NCBI GenBank assembly: GCA_022826025.1
Contig: JAJDVR010000096.1
Location: 1,840-65,839, forward strand
From: Gemmatimonadota bacterium
GTDB taxonomy: Bacteria; Gemmatimonadota; Gemmatimonadetes; Longimicrobiales; Gaopeijiaceae
Length of the DNA: 64,000 nt
Direction of reading: 5' to 3'
Every line of letters begins with the position of its first letter. Position 1 is the stretch's first letter. A program made the translations under genes and the position numbers. Positions 9,467 through 18,910 of the stretch are shown here, piece by piece. The notes under the pieces were generated by a model, which worked only from the letters and a program-made list of their open reading frames with translations, had not been told where the DNA came from and ran no database searches.

Positions 9467-10444
9467 TTACGTCGCGCGCTCCGACATCGGCAACGCCCGC
9501 GCGAGGCGCTGCAGCGCCTCCAGCCCGTGCAGCCGGCCGTCGAACAGGGGCATGGCGTGCACCGGATACTTCGAGAAGCTCGTGCGCACCCGATCGGCAT
9601 ACTCTCGCTGGCGCTCGCGCCGAGCCCCCAGCAGCGTGCCGTCCGCGTCCTCGGGCACCACCTGGTTGAGGAAGATGGCGGCCACCGGGATGCCGTACTT
9701 GGCGAGCATCTTCACCGAACGCTCGGTCTCGGCGACGGGAAGATGCTCCGGGGTCACGACGAAAACGAAGCCGGTGCGGTGCGGGTTCGTGATCAGGGCG
9801 CGCGCATGACGGAAGCGCGCCTGGCGTTCGGTGAGCGCGCCGAGCACCGGATCCTCTCGGGGGTCCTCGGCGCCCGCCGCCGCGCCCGCCACGTTCCGCC
9901 ACATGCGCCCGAGCACGTTGACCTTCCTGCGCCGCGAGATGAGCCCGCTGATCCATGCATCCATCAGCTCCGGCAGCGAGAGCAGCCGCAACGTGTGCCC
10001 CAGCGGCGCCGTGTCGAAGATGAGGCGGTCGTATGCGTGGCCGGCCTCCTCGGCGATGCGCGTGAAGCGGTCGAACAGCGCGGATTCCTCTGCGCCTGGC
10101 GTCACGCGCGCGATGTCGATCTGGCGCTCGACCTCCGCCATCAGGCGCGGCGGGGTGCTGTCGGCGATGCGTGCCTTCACGTCGTCGATGTAGCGGTCGG
10201 CTTCCTCCGCGGGATCGATCTCGAGCGCCCACAGCCGAGGGCGAACCTCCCGGGCCGCTCCGCCGAGCCGGGTCTCGAGCACGTCCGAGGTCGAGTGCGC
10301 GGGATCGGTGGAGACCAGGAGGGTCCGGTGCCCCTCGCGCGCGGCCTCGAGCGCCATGGTGGCGGCCAGGGTGGTCTTGCCGACCCCGCCCTTTCCGCCG
10401 AAGAAGACGACCTCGCGGTCGAGAATGCGGCGCGGCCTGGCCAT
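9467..10444 (-). CDS. single-domain ArsA/Get3-family P-loop ATPase
   Basis: Deviant Walker A FFGGKGGVGKTT, VSTDPAHS, and the ArsA signature FDTAPLGHTLRLL. 325 aa, i.e. a half-size ArsA. No cysteine anywhere in the protein. Confidence 0.85.
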   Translation of the reverse strand: MARPRRILDREVVFFGGKGGVGKTTLAATMALEAAREGHRTLLVSTDPAHSTSDVLETRLGGAAREVRPRLWALEIDPAEEADRYIDDVKARIADSTPPRLMAEVERQIDIARVTPGAEESALFDRFTRIAEEAGHAYDRLIFDTAPLGHTLRLLSLPELMDAWISGLISRRRKVNVLGRMWRNVAGAAAGAEDPREDPVLGALTERQARFRHARALITNPHRTGFVFVVTPEHLPVAETERSVKMLAKYGIPVAAIFLNQVVPEDADGTLLGARRERQREYADRVRTSFSKYPVHAMPLFDGRLHGLEALQRLARALPMSERAT

Positions 10445-10525
10445 CAGCAGGGCACCGGACCGCGCCTCACAGGCTGTCCGCCCAGCGGCTCGGGCGGCGT
10501 CTCGGCGTCACCAGCGCGCCCGGCC

Positions 10526-10825
10526 TCAGCAGCATCGGAAGCCGCCGTCGGGAGCACGGGGCATGCCGATGCGCACGTGCCACTGGTGGAATTCCTCGAT
10601 CACGTCGGGATAGATCTCAAGGGCGTAGAACGCCACCGGGTTGGGGGCGCCCAGCAGATCCGCGAACCCCAGCAGCAGGAAGGTGTCGCGCTCTTCGCGG
10701 TACGATCGATAGATCTGGGATCGGTAGGGGGCGAAGTAGATGCCCTCGTAGATCTCGCCCGCGGCCCGCAGACCCTTCCTCACGCGCCGGATTGCCCTCC
10801 GGATCCGACCCTCGCTACCCTGCAT
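10526..10825 (-). CDS. small conserved-looking protein ending in Cys-Cys-stop (resembles the family NCBI names cory-CC-star protein)
   Basis: 99-aa ORF with a non-shadow composition (Y/E/I/F-rich). Its only two cysteines are the last two residues (..PDGGFRCC*). It lies directly upstream of the ArsA-like ATPase. The family name is from memory and needs an HMM check. Confidence 0.7.
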   Translation of the reverse strand: MQGSEGRIRRAIRRVRKGLRAAGEIYEGIYFAPYRSQIYRSYREERDTFLLLGFADLLGAPNPVAFYALEIYPDVIEEFHQWHVRIGMPRAPDGGFRCC

Positions 10826-11207
10826 CGTATTCGTCCTCGCTCACCGGGTCTCCCCAGCTGGTCACCGCGTTCACGTTGAGCGCGATGTGGGTCATCGCTC
10901 CGCCGGGGGAGGCGCCGTGCCAGTGGTTCTCCCCGGGCTCCACGACAATCAGGTCTCCCGGCCCGGCTTCGCCGACGGGCCCGCCCTCCTTCTGGTATCG
11001 GCAGCGGCCCTCCACGATGAAGAGCATCTGATGCCCGCTGTGCGTGTGCCAGTTGGTGCGCGAGCGGGCCTCGAAATGCACGCGGTAGACGTTCACACGG
11101 GGATCGGCGGGGAGGGCGCCCTCGATGCGGCGCAGGCTCCCGGGACCGGTGAAGTTGGCCGGGTCCGAAGATTCGCGGTCCAGGGAGTCGAGGGGAAACA
11201 CGTTCAT
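10815..11207 (-). CDS. cupin-domain protein
   Basis: Cupin metal-binding motifs are WHTHSGHQMLFIVEG and GENHWHGA. ATG 11207 (MNVFPLDS..) is preferred over the far-upstream start of ORF 10815..11417. The stop overlaps the next gene's start by 11 nt. Confidence 0.7.
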   Translation of the reverse strand: MNVFPLDSLDRESSDPANFTGPGSLRRIEGALPADPRVNVYRVHFEARSRTNWHTHSGHQMLFIVEGRCRYQKEGGPVGEAGPGDLIVVEPGENHWHGASPGGAMTHIALNVNAVTSWGDPVSEDEYDAG

Positions 11208-11443
11208 CTTTGGAGTCTCGTCCTTTCGTTGTTCGCAGAGGCCTTGCCGCGTGCCCATGATCGCGCCTGCCGTGCGCGTTGGCCAGTGGACTGCCCTCCC
11301 GGGCTCCATCATATTCCCCGGCCGAAGCATGTGGCTTCCGAAGCTGACACGGGAATCACGCAGTCGACGTCTCACGGGCAAATCCCTCCGATGGTCATCA
11401 CTCGCCCCGCGACCCACCGCCCCGGCCGCAGGACTCCCGGACG

Positions 11444-12307
11444 GTGAACCCGTCGGCCGCGACCCCGGACGACTGGCGCCGGCTTCACGACGAAGCCTCG
11501 CGCAGCCGCGAGACGTCCTATCTGGACCCCGAGACCGGCCTGGCCGTCTTCACCGAGTTCGGTCTGCGCCAGCGGGGCAGTTGCTGCTGGAGCGGCTGCC
11601 GCCACTGCCCCTACCAGGCTGAGAGCGGGCACACCGGAAAGGGCGGCCCGGCCGTGGAGCCGCCGCTTTGGCTCATCCCCCTGCGCCCCGGGCCCGAGCC
11701 CGTCGACGTACTCTTCTGGAGCGGCGGCAAGGACAGCTTTCTCGCCTACCGGGCCCTGCTGCGGGAGGGGGCCCGCCCGGTGGTCCTCCTGACGACCTTC
11801 GATGCCGCAAGCCGGACGATCGCCCACCAGGAGCTGCGTGTGGAGCTTGTGATCCGCCAGGCGGAGCACCTGCAGGTGCCCCTCATGGGCGTTCCCCTCC
11901 ATCCCGGCCTCGCCTACGAGGCGCGTATCGCCGAAGCGGTCGCGCTGATTCCCGCAGTCGCCCGCTTCGTGTTCGGCGATCTGCACCTCGAGCACATCCG
12001 CGAATGGCGCACGGGAGCGTTCCGCGAGCTCGTGGCGAGCCGGGGCGCATCGCTTCACTTTCCCATCTGGCAGGTGCCCTGCGAGGTGCTGATGACGGAC
12101 CTGGAGGCCAGCGGAATCGTCTGCGAGGTGTCCGCCGTGACCGACGCGGCGCTCGGTGCGCTCGTCCCCGGCCAGCGCTTCGACCGCGAGGCGATGATGC
12201 GGCTTCCCGACGGGGTGGACCGCTTTGGCGAGAACGGGGAGTTTCACACCCTCGCAAAGGTGTGGGCCGAGTTGCGCGACTTGGAAGCGGATCAGGCGCG
12301 ATATTAG
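11444..12307 (+). CDS. Dph6-related PP-loop ATP pyrophosphatase with an N-terminal Cys-rich DUF5522-like domain
   Basis: N-terminal GSCCWSGCRHCPY motif, followed by the PP-loop LFWSGGKDS and an MJ0570/diphthine-ammonia-ligase-like core. The GTG start at 11444 is uncertain. Confidence 0.7.
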   Translation: MNPSAATPDDWRRLHDEASRSRETSYLDPETGLAVFTEFGLRQRGSCCWSGCRHCPYQAESGHTGKGGPAVEPPLWLIPLRPGPEPVDVLFWSGGKDSFLAYRALLREGARPVVLLTTFDAASRTIAHQELRVELVIRQAEHLQVPLMGVPLHPGLAYEARIAEAVALIPAVARFVFGDLHLEHIREWRTGAFRELVASRGASLHFPIWQVPCEVLMTDLEASGIVCEVSAVTDAALGALVPGQRFDREAMMRLPDGVDRFGENGEFHTLAKVWAELRDLEADQARY

Positions 12308-12322
12308 CTTAGTTTACTTAGT

Positions 12323-15300
12323 CTAGTCCGTATCTCGCGAGCGTCCCGGAACCCCGCCGGCATCCAGGCGCAGCGCATCCTCCGCCAACACCTCGTCGAG
12401 GTTGCTCAGCAGCCGGTCGGCGTCCTCTTCGTCGAAGACCAGCGGCGGCTTGATCTTCACCACGTTGTGGAGGGGGCCGTCGGTGCTGAGCAGGATGCCT
12501 CGGTCGCGCATGCGCTCCACAAGACAGGTCGCGTGGCGCGGCGCGGGGTCGAGCGAGGCGCGGTCCGTCACCAGCTCGATACCCTGGAAGAGGCCGGTGC
12601 CGCGAGCATCCCCGACGATGCGGTGTCGCTCCAGCAGGCCCTTCAGTCCCGCGAGCAGCCGCTCTCCGACCCGGCGGGCATGGTCCTGCAGCCCTTCTTC
12701 TTCGATGACGTCCAGCACCGCAAGGCCGATGCGGCACGACACCGGGTTGCCGCCGAAAGTGTTGAAGTACTCCATCCCGTTGTCGAAGGAGTCGGCGATC
12801 TCCGGGGTGGTGACCACGGCCGCGAGCGGATGACCGTTGCCGATGGGCTTGCCCATGGTGACGATGTCCGGCACCACGCCGTGGTCCTCGAAGGCCCAGA
12901 AGGAGGAGCCGGCGCGCCCGAACCCCACCTGCACCTCGTCGGCGATGCACACCCCGCCCGCCGCGCGCACACGCTCGAACGCGTCCGGAAGGAAGCCGTC
13001 CGGAAGCACGATCTGACCGCCGCAACTCAGGATCGACTCGAAGAGGAAGCCGGCGGGCCGTCCCTCGAGCGCATCGATGGCGCGGCCGACCTCCTGCGCG
13101 TAGCGCGCGCCGCAGTCGGGATCGGAGGACCGGTAGCGGCCCCGATAGCCGTCGGGCATGGGGACGCACGCCACCCACGGCGGCGGCCCCGCACCCCCGG
13201 GACCATCGAACTTGTACGAGCTGAGCTGCACCAGCGAACTGGTGTTGCCGTGATACCCGCCCTCCAGCACGACCATGCCTTCACGGCCGGTGTGGGTGCG
13301 CGCCATGCGCAGCGCCAGTTCGTTGGCCTCGCTCCCCGTGCACACGAAGAAGCAGACGCCGAGTGGATCGGGCAGCGTGGCCGCCAGACGCCGGGCGTAT
13401 TCGGTGAGGCTGTCGTGCAGGTAGCGGGTGTTGGTGTTCAGCACCCTCATCTGCTCGAGACCCGCCTGCACAACGCGCGGGTGCGCGTGGCCCACCTGCG
13501 CGACGTTGTTGACGCAGTCCAGGTAGGGCTGGCCCCCATCGTCGTACAGCCAGGCTCCCTTGCCGCGCACCATCTCCAGCGGACGCCGGTAGGAGATGGA
13601 GAGGGACGAACCGAGCAGCTTCCGGCGCGTCCCCAGGAGTTCCGAGGCCGCATTCCTTCCCACCGGAGCCAGGTCCGGTATCCCGAGCACCAGGTTCGGG
13701 TCCGGCGAGAGGCTGAGCCACACCGCGCGCTGGCTGGGCGGCGCCACGCCGGGGAAATCGCCTTCGCGGCCCAGCAGGTCCGTCATCACCTGGAAATGGA
13801 GATGAGGAGCCCAGTCGCCGTTCTCCGGATGGGGCCCGATCCTGCCGATCTCCTCTCCGGCCGCGATCCGTTGTCCTGGGCGGAGCCCCGCCAGCGAGTC
13901 CCGCGACAGGTGGCCGTAGAGGGTGTACCACGCGCCCACCCCACCCGCCTCGTGGCGCAGAACGATGGTCGGCCCGTAGTCGAGGCGAGCGTCGTTGTCG
14001 CGGAAGCTGTGGACGATTGCGTCGCAGGGAGCGTGGATTGGCGTGCCGGGTTCCGCGAAGAGGTCGATGCCCACATGAACCGTTCGCCGCTCGAGGCCGT
14101 CCTCGCCCTGGATGGCGAACGCGTCGGAGTCGTACCAGCGGCGCGCCTCGTCGTACCGGCCCACGCCGACTGCGGCGCCGTTCGCCCGCATGTAACCGAA
14201 GAGCAGACCGGTCCAGCCGCGCGCATCCAGGTCGCCCGTGGTCCCCAGCCATCGGCTGCCGACGCTCAGGTCGAAAACGGTGTGCGGACCCCCGGCCAGC
14301 TCCGGCGGCAGCACCGGAGCGAAACGGTCCTCGCCACGCTGCCGCTCCAGCCAGGCGCGCAGCGGCCCTGTCCGCGGACACGCTTCCAGGCCGCAGGCGT
14401 CGCGTAGCCGATAGTGGACGAAGTCCGGGTGGAACTCCTCCCGGCGGTCAAGACGCTCCAGCAGCTCCCACACCTGCGTTTCGCTGATGCTCAGATACTC
14501 GTTGGCCGGCTCCCGGGACCGCTGCCAGGCGGCCATGGTCGCGCTCAGGCAGAGCCGCATGCCCGTCAGGGGGAAGACCGCTGCGACCTCTTCCTCCATC
14601 AACGGATAGGCCTCGTGGAAGCCGCTCACGAGCTGCGCCAGGGCTCCCGCGGGATCGCGCTTGGAGAGCATCGCGTAAGCCCCCGCGACCGCCGGCTCTG
14701 AAGCCAGCCAGGTGCGCATGGCGTCGCCGAAGTCGATGATGCCGGTGACGTGCCGGTCCCCGTAGCGTCCGCCGGGCGGCGTGTCCATGACTCTGTTGGC
14801 CAGGACGTTGTAGTCGTTGGCGTCCCCGTGCACCACCTGGGTGCGCAAGCCCGCGATCAGGGGGCCAAGCCTCTCCTCGCAATCCGCCATCCGGCGGCGA
14901 AGCAGCGCCCGCCGGCCCTTCCCCCTCACGCTCCCCACGCGCTCCTCGAAAATGGAGGACGCCGTGCGCAGATCCCAGTGGAAGCCGGTCTCGGCCGCGG
15001 GATGCTCGAAGTCGGCGAGCGCGGCGTCCAGGAGGGCCAGCACGCCTCCCCAGGAACGCAACAGCTCCGGACGCTGTGGGCGTACCTCGGCGACCGGCAC
15101 CCCGGGCAGCCAGGTGACCAGGCGCAGCGGATAGGCCATGCCCTCCTTCTCGACCGTCGCGAGCGAGGAACCTCCGAGATCCGGTACGACACGCGGAAAA
15201 GGCGCGCGCCAGTCGCCGTCCGGACTCGGCCGAACGGCGGCGAGGGAAGCGAGGATCGCGTTCTGCATTTCCAGCGACGCCCGAGGCTCGTCCGGGTTCC

Positions 15301-15469
15301 CGATCTTGAGAACGAAGGCGTTGCCGGCGTCTCGCGCGTCCCCTGTCACGCGGAGCAGGAAGTTCCGGTCCCGCTCGCCCGGGAGTTCCCTGGCGCGACC
15401 CTGGAAGCCGTAGCGGTCGCTGGCCAGCGCCTCCGCCTCGGCGGTCGTGAAGTCGGGCCGCACTCGCAT
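12323..15469 (-). CDS. tri-domain enzyme: APH/hydroxylysine-kinase-like phosphotransferase + M23 peptidase domain + class-III aminotransferase-fold (phospho-lyase-like) PLP enzyme
   Basis: Kinase motifs are [12 protein letters not shown] and IIDFGDA. M23 motifs are HVGIDLF (HxxxD) and PHLHFQV (HxH). The class-III aminotransferase core includes [11 protein letters not shown] and the PLP-Lys in [13 protein letters not shown]. It is a single uninterrupted 1048-codon ORF. Confidence 0.85.
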   Translation of the reverse strand: MRVRPDFTTAEAEALASDRYGFQGRARELPGERDRNFLLRVTGDARDAGNAFVLKIGNPDEPRASLEMQNAILASLAAVRPSPDGDWRAPFPRVVPDLGGSSLATVEKEGMAYPLRLVTWLPGVPVAEVRPQRPELLRSWGGVLALLDAALADFEHPAAETGFHWDLRTASSIFEERVGSVRGKGRRALLRRRMADCEERLGPLIAGLRTQVVHGDANDYNVLANRVMDTPPGGRYGDRHVTGIIDFGDAMRTWLASEPAVAGAYAMLSKRDPAGALAQLVSGFHEAYPLMEEEVAAVFPLTGMRLCLSATMAAWQRSREPANEYLSISETQVWELLERLDRREEFHPDFVHYRLRDACGLEACPRTGPLRAWLERQRGEDRFAPVLPPELAGGPHTVFDLSVGSRWLGTTGDLDARGWTGLLFGYMRANGAAVGVGRYDEARRWYDSDAFAIQGEDGLERRTVHVGIDLFAEPGTPIHAPCDAIVHSFRDNDARLDYGPTIVLRHEAGGVGAWYTLYGHLSRDSLAGLRPGQRIAAGEEIGRIGPHPENGDWAPHLHFQVMTDLLGREGDFPGVAPPSQRAVWLSLSPDPNLVLGIPDLAPVGRNAASELLGTRRKLLGSSLSISYRRPLEMVRGKGAWLYDDGGQPYLDCVNNVAQVGHAHPRVVQAGLEQMRVLNTNTRYLHDSLTEYARRLAATLPDPLGVCFFVCTGSEANELALRMARTHTGREGMVVLEGGYHGNTSSLVQLSSYKFDGPGGAGPPPWVACVPMPDGYRGRYRSSDPDCGARYAQEVGRAIDALEGRPAGFLFESILSCGGQIVLPDGFLPDAFERVRAAGGVCIADEVQVGFGRAGSSFWAFEDHGVVPDIVTMGKPIGNGHPLAAVVTTPEIADSFDNGMEYFNTFGGNPVSCRIGLAVLDVIEEEGLQDHARRVGERLLAGLKGLLERHRIVGDARGTGLFQGIELVTDRASLDPAPRHATCLVERMRDRGILLSTDGPLHNVVKIKPPLVFDEEDADRLLSNLDEVLAEDALRLDAGGVPGRSRDTD

Positions 15470-15475
15470 GGCGCC

Positions 15476-16879
15476 TCAGCCCTCCCCAAGCGCCCGCCGC
15501 AGGAACTTCGCCGCGCGCGGGATGACCCCGTTCAAGTCGAAGATCTCGTGTCCGGCGCCCTCGTAGATGAACGCCTCGAATTCCGGCGGTTCCCGACCCA
15601 GCGCCTCCATGACCCGGATCATGGAATGCGCCTGACTGACGGACACGGTTTCGTCGATGGTTCCATGGTGCAGCTGGACGGCTGGCAGATCCTCGGCAAA
15701 CAGCACGGCGGAGCGGCGAACCAGCTCGAGGCGAACCCGGGCAAGTTCGATCCGACCTCCCATGTACGGCTGGACGAGTGTGGAATCCATGTGCGAGACT
15801 CCGGTGAGCTGGCGCGGCATTCCCAGCGCCGCCTCGCGCACGATCTCCCGCACCCATTCGTCGAAGAAATCCGTGGGACCGAACAGGGTGATGATGTTCT
15901 CGACCCGTTGGTCCCGAATCCCGGCCAGCAGAGCGACGCCTCCGCCCCGGCTGCCTCCCACGAGGCTGAGGCCTTCGGATCTTGCCTGCGGCGTGATCGC
16001 CAGCGCGACGTTAAGCAGCGCCAGGGCATCGTCCACGTCGTAGTCCCAGTGGCCGCCGGGACCGGTTGAGACCCACTCCCGGTCGCCATGCTCCAGGGGC
16101 TCGCTGCGGAACGACGGAACCACGTACACGAAGCTGTCGCGGAGTTCCCCCAACGCGAAGGCGAGGAACTGGACATCGTCCACGTCAACTCCGTTGTCGC
16201 CCCCGTGCAGGTACATCAGGACAGGCAGGCTGGCCGCGCGGTTCGACTTCGGGGCGACGATCGCGCCGTAATGACGCGCCTCGCCGACCTGGTGAGACAC
16301 CACGCGCAGCGTCGCCGGGGAGCCGAAGAGAGAGTAGGCCTCGGTCAGCTCGACGGTCAGCCCGACAGGCGAGATGTCGCGGCCCGCCCAGTCGGCGCGC
16401 ACGGCCGCGATCTCCGCCGCGGTGGGCGGCGCGAAAAGGACCTCGAGTTCCGCCTCCAGATCGACCGCGTGCGCGTGAACCGCCGTGGCGGCCAGACCCC
16501 CCGCGATCAGCACCGTCTGGACTCCGGGATCGGGTCCGATCGTCCAGGTGATCGACACGTCGCCGTTCTGGTCGGTGGTGGCGCGCGCGGGCTCCACCCG
16601 GCCGCTCCCCGAGGTAGTCACGAAGTCGACGGAGATGCCGGGCACCGGGCGCCCTTCCGCATTCAGGGTGCGGAACACGATCGGCTCGTCGAGGCGGGTG
16701 CCCACAAAGGCCGGCTGACCCCCGCCGGACACGACGGTGATGGCGGCCGCCGAGGACCCGGGATCGGGTTCGACCGGATCGCTGGCCCGCTCGCACCCTG
16801 CCAGGGCTGTGAGCACCAGCAGCGCCCGCAGCCCGCGCCAACGTCCCGGCCGACGAAGCGACGGGAGCCGGTGTGTCAT
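15476..16879 (-). CDS. lipoprotein alpha/beta hydrolase (S9/dienelactone-hydrolase-like) with an N-terminal Ig-like domain
   Basis: ATG 16879 (MTHRLPSLRR..), lipobox LTALAGC. GxSxG nucleophile in LVGGSRGGG. C-terminal HHGTIDETV and GAGHEI motifs. ORF-track entry 15476..18607 is a read-through antisense to lctP. Confidence 0.75.
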   Translation of the reverse strand: MTHRLPSLRRPGRWRGLRALLVLTALAGCERASDPVEPDPGSSAAAITVVSGGGQPAFVGTRLDEPIVFRTLNAEGRPVPGISVDFVTTSGSGRVEPARATTDQNGDVSITWTIGPDPGVQTVLIAGGLAATAVHAHAVDLEAELEVLFAPPTAAEIAAVRADWAGRDISPVGLTVELTEAYSLFGSPATLRVVSHQVGEARHYGAIVAPKSNRAASLPVLMYLHGGDNGVDVDDVQFLAFALGELRDSFVYVVPSFRSEPLEHGDREWVSTGPGGHWDYDVDDALALLNVALAITPQARSEGLSLVGGSRGGGVALLAGIRDQRVENIITLFGPTDFFDEWVREIVREAALGMPRQLTGVSHMDSTLVQPYMGGRIELARVRLELVRRSAVLFAEDLPAVQLHHGTIDETVSVSQAHSMIRVMEALGREPPEFEAFIYEGAGHEIFDLNGVIPRAAKFLRRALGEG

Positions 16880-17071
16880 TCGGCGTTCGGCCCTGCGCGA
16901 CAAGTCAAGCCTCCTCCATGCCATCTCCCGATTCTCGTCCCCCGCATCCGCTCGCCGGGGAAACGATAACGCAAACCGCATCCTGCGTCGCATGGCTCTT
17001 CCGCTTGCCCGCACGGGAGGCCGAGACCCACATTCGCGCGGTCCGTCAGGCGATTCAACCCGGAGGCCTCC

Positions 17072-18784
17072 ATGTCCCCAGGCGTTCAAGCCGCGCTCGC
17101 GCTCCTCCCCATTCTCATCGGGGGAACCCTGCTTGTCGGGTTCCGGGTGCCGGCGAAGTTCGCGATGCCCATCGCCTACGTCTCGGCCGTCGTCGTGGCG
17201 CTGACGGCGTGGCAGGTGGGCCCGGTGCGCGTCGCGGCATCTTCGGTCCAGGGGCTGTTCCTGACCTTCGATCTGCTGGTCATCATCTTCGGGGCGATCC
17301 TGCTGCTGAATACCCTGGAACAGTCCGGGGGGGTCTCCGCCATCCGGCGCAGCTTCCGCAGCATCAGCGAGGACCGCCGGGTCCAGATCATCATCATCGC
17401 CTGGCTGTTCGGATCCTTCATCGAGGGAGCGGCGGGATTCGGCACGCCGGCTGCGGTAGCCGCGCCGCTCATGGTGGCGATGGGCTTTCCGGCCGCCGGG
17501 GCAGTGATGATCGGCATGATGATCCAGAGCACCGCGGTGACCTTCGGCGCGGTGGGCACGCCCGTGCTGGTAGGGGTGCAGGGCGGCCTGGGCGGGGAGG
17601 CCTTTGATGCCCAGCTCCTCGCGGCCGGCATCACGATGGACGACTTCCTGCGGCTGGTCACCGACCGGGTGGTGGTCCTGCACGCCATCGCGGGCACCCT
17701 GATGCCCACCTTCATGATCGTCATGTCCACCCGTTTCTTCGGCGCCAACCGGTCGTGGACGGAAGGGCTGTCGATCTTCCCCTTCGCGCTCTTCGCGGGG
17801 GTGGCGTTCACCGTCCCCTACATGTTCACGGGTTGGCTGCTGGGACCGGAGTTCCCCGCGCTGCTGGGTGCGCCGGTCGGACTTGCGATCGTGATCTTCG
17901 CCGCGCGCCGGGGGTTCCTGATTCCGGCCGATACCTGGGACTTCCCGGAGCGCAGCCGCTGGGGGCAGGGCTGGGCCAGCGGGCTGGAAGCCCGGCAGGA
18001 TCTGGAAGACGACGACAAACGGGTATCCGTGGGGATGGCCTGGGCGCCCTACGCGCTGCTGGCCGTGCTGCTCGTCCTCAGCCGGCTGTCGGCGCTGCCG
18101 GTGCAGGACTGGCTGCGCGCCCCCGCCCTCACCTGGGCGAACGTGTTCGGCACCGACATCACCGCCACCACCACCCCCCTCTACCTGCCCGGAACCATCC
18201 TGATCGCGGTGGTCGCCGTGACCTTCTTCCTGCACCGGATGAAGTTCCCCGAGCTGCAGCGGGCGTTCACCAAGTCGTCGCGGGTGCTGCTGGGGGCCGG
18301 CTTCGTGCTCATCTTCACCGTGCCCATGGTGCGCATCTACATCCAGTCGGGCGTGAACGCGGCCGACCTGGTCAGCATGCCCATCGCCATGGCCGCCTGG
18401 GTTGCGGACAATGTGGGGCAGGTGTGGCCGATGTTCGCCGGCGTCACCGGGGCGCTGGGGGCCTTCATCGCCGGATCGAACACGGTCAGCAACCTCATGT
18501 TCTCGCTCTTCCAGCACGGCGTGGCGGAGCGCCTGGCGGTGTCGAGCGCGATGATCGTGGCGCTGCAGGCGGTCGGGGCGGCCGCCGGCAACATGGTCGC
18601 GATCCACAACGTGGTGGCCGCATCCGCCACGGTGGGCCTGCTCGGTCAGGAGGGAGTCACGCTACGCAAGACCATCCTGCCCACCATCTACTACCTCACG
18701 GTCATCGGCGTGCTGGGGCTGATCGCCGTCCACGTCATCGGCCTGGCCGATCCCCTGATGGCCGCGGGCGGCGGGAGTCCCTGA
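17072..18784 (+). CDS. lctP: L-lactate permease family transporter
   Basis: Characteristic LctP segments: [73 protein letters not shown]-like SD lies before ATG 17072. Confidence 0.85.
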   Translation: MSPGVQAALALLPILIGGTLLVGFRVPAKFAMPIAYVSAVVVALTAWQVGPVRVAASSVQGLFLTFDLLVIIFGAILLLNTLEQSGGVSAIRRSFRSISEDRRVQIIIIAWLFGSFIEGAAGFGTPAAVAAPLMVAMGFPAAGAVMIGMMIQSTAVTFGAVGTPVLVGVQGGLGGEAFDAQLLAAGITMDDFLRLVTDRVVVLHAIAGTLMPTFMIVMSTRFFGANRSWTEGLSIFPFALFAGVAFTVPYMFTGWLLGPEFPALLGAPVGLAIVIFAARRGFLIPADTWDFPERSRWGQGWASGLEARQDLEDDDKRVSVGMAWAPYALLAVLLVLSRLSALPVQDWLRAPALTWANVFGTDITATTTPLYLPGTILIAVVAVTFFLHRMKFPELQRAFTKSSRVLLGAGFVLIFTVPMVRIYIQSGVNAADLVSMPIAMAAWVADNVGQVWPMFAGVTGALGAFIAGSNTVSNLMFSLFQHGVAERLAVSSAMIVALQAVGAAAGNMVAIHNVVAASATVGLLGQEGVTLRKTILPTIYYLTVIGVLGLIAVHVIGLADPLMAAGGGSP

Positions 18785-18910
18785 CCCGGCGCGGACATCC
18801 TTGACCGGGGTATGGCGGGCCAATCTCTTGAATGAGGTGGGGGTCACCGCGTTCAGGCTCGCCTCCGCGGGCCCCAGCCGAAGTTTCGCCTCGAACAAGG
18901 ACGGTCTCGC

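Noticed and set aside
10445-10525. Short hairpin (CCGCCC-N8-GGGCGG) in the 81-nt spacer between the CC-terminated protein gene and the ArsA-like gene
   Set aside because: A 6-bp GC stem in about 70% GC DNA is expected by chance, and there is no U-tract. This is not enough to call an attenuator.
12305-12325. AT-rich, TAG-dense 15-nt spacer (TTAGCTTAGTTTACTTAGTCTAG) between convergent stop codons
   Set aside because: It is too short to hold an element or hairpin. Most simply, it is just the two stop codons plus a few bases. It is noted only because it stands out in GC-rich DNA.
15476-18607. 1043-aa minus-strand ORF
   Set aside because: Only the last 467 codons (from ATG 16879, with a lipoprotein signal) look like protein. 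The remainder is antisense to the clear lactate permease gene and has a His/Arg/Gly/Asp-rich junk composition.
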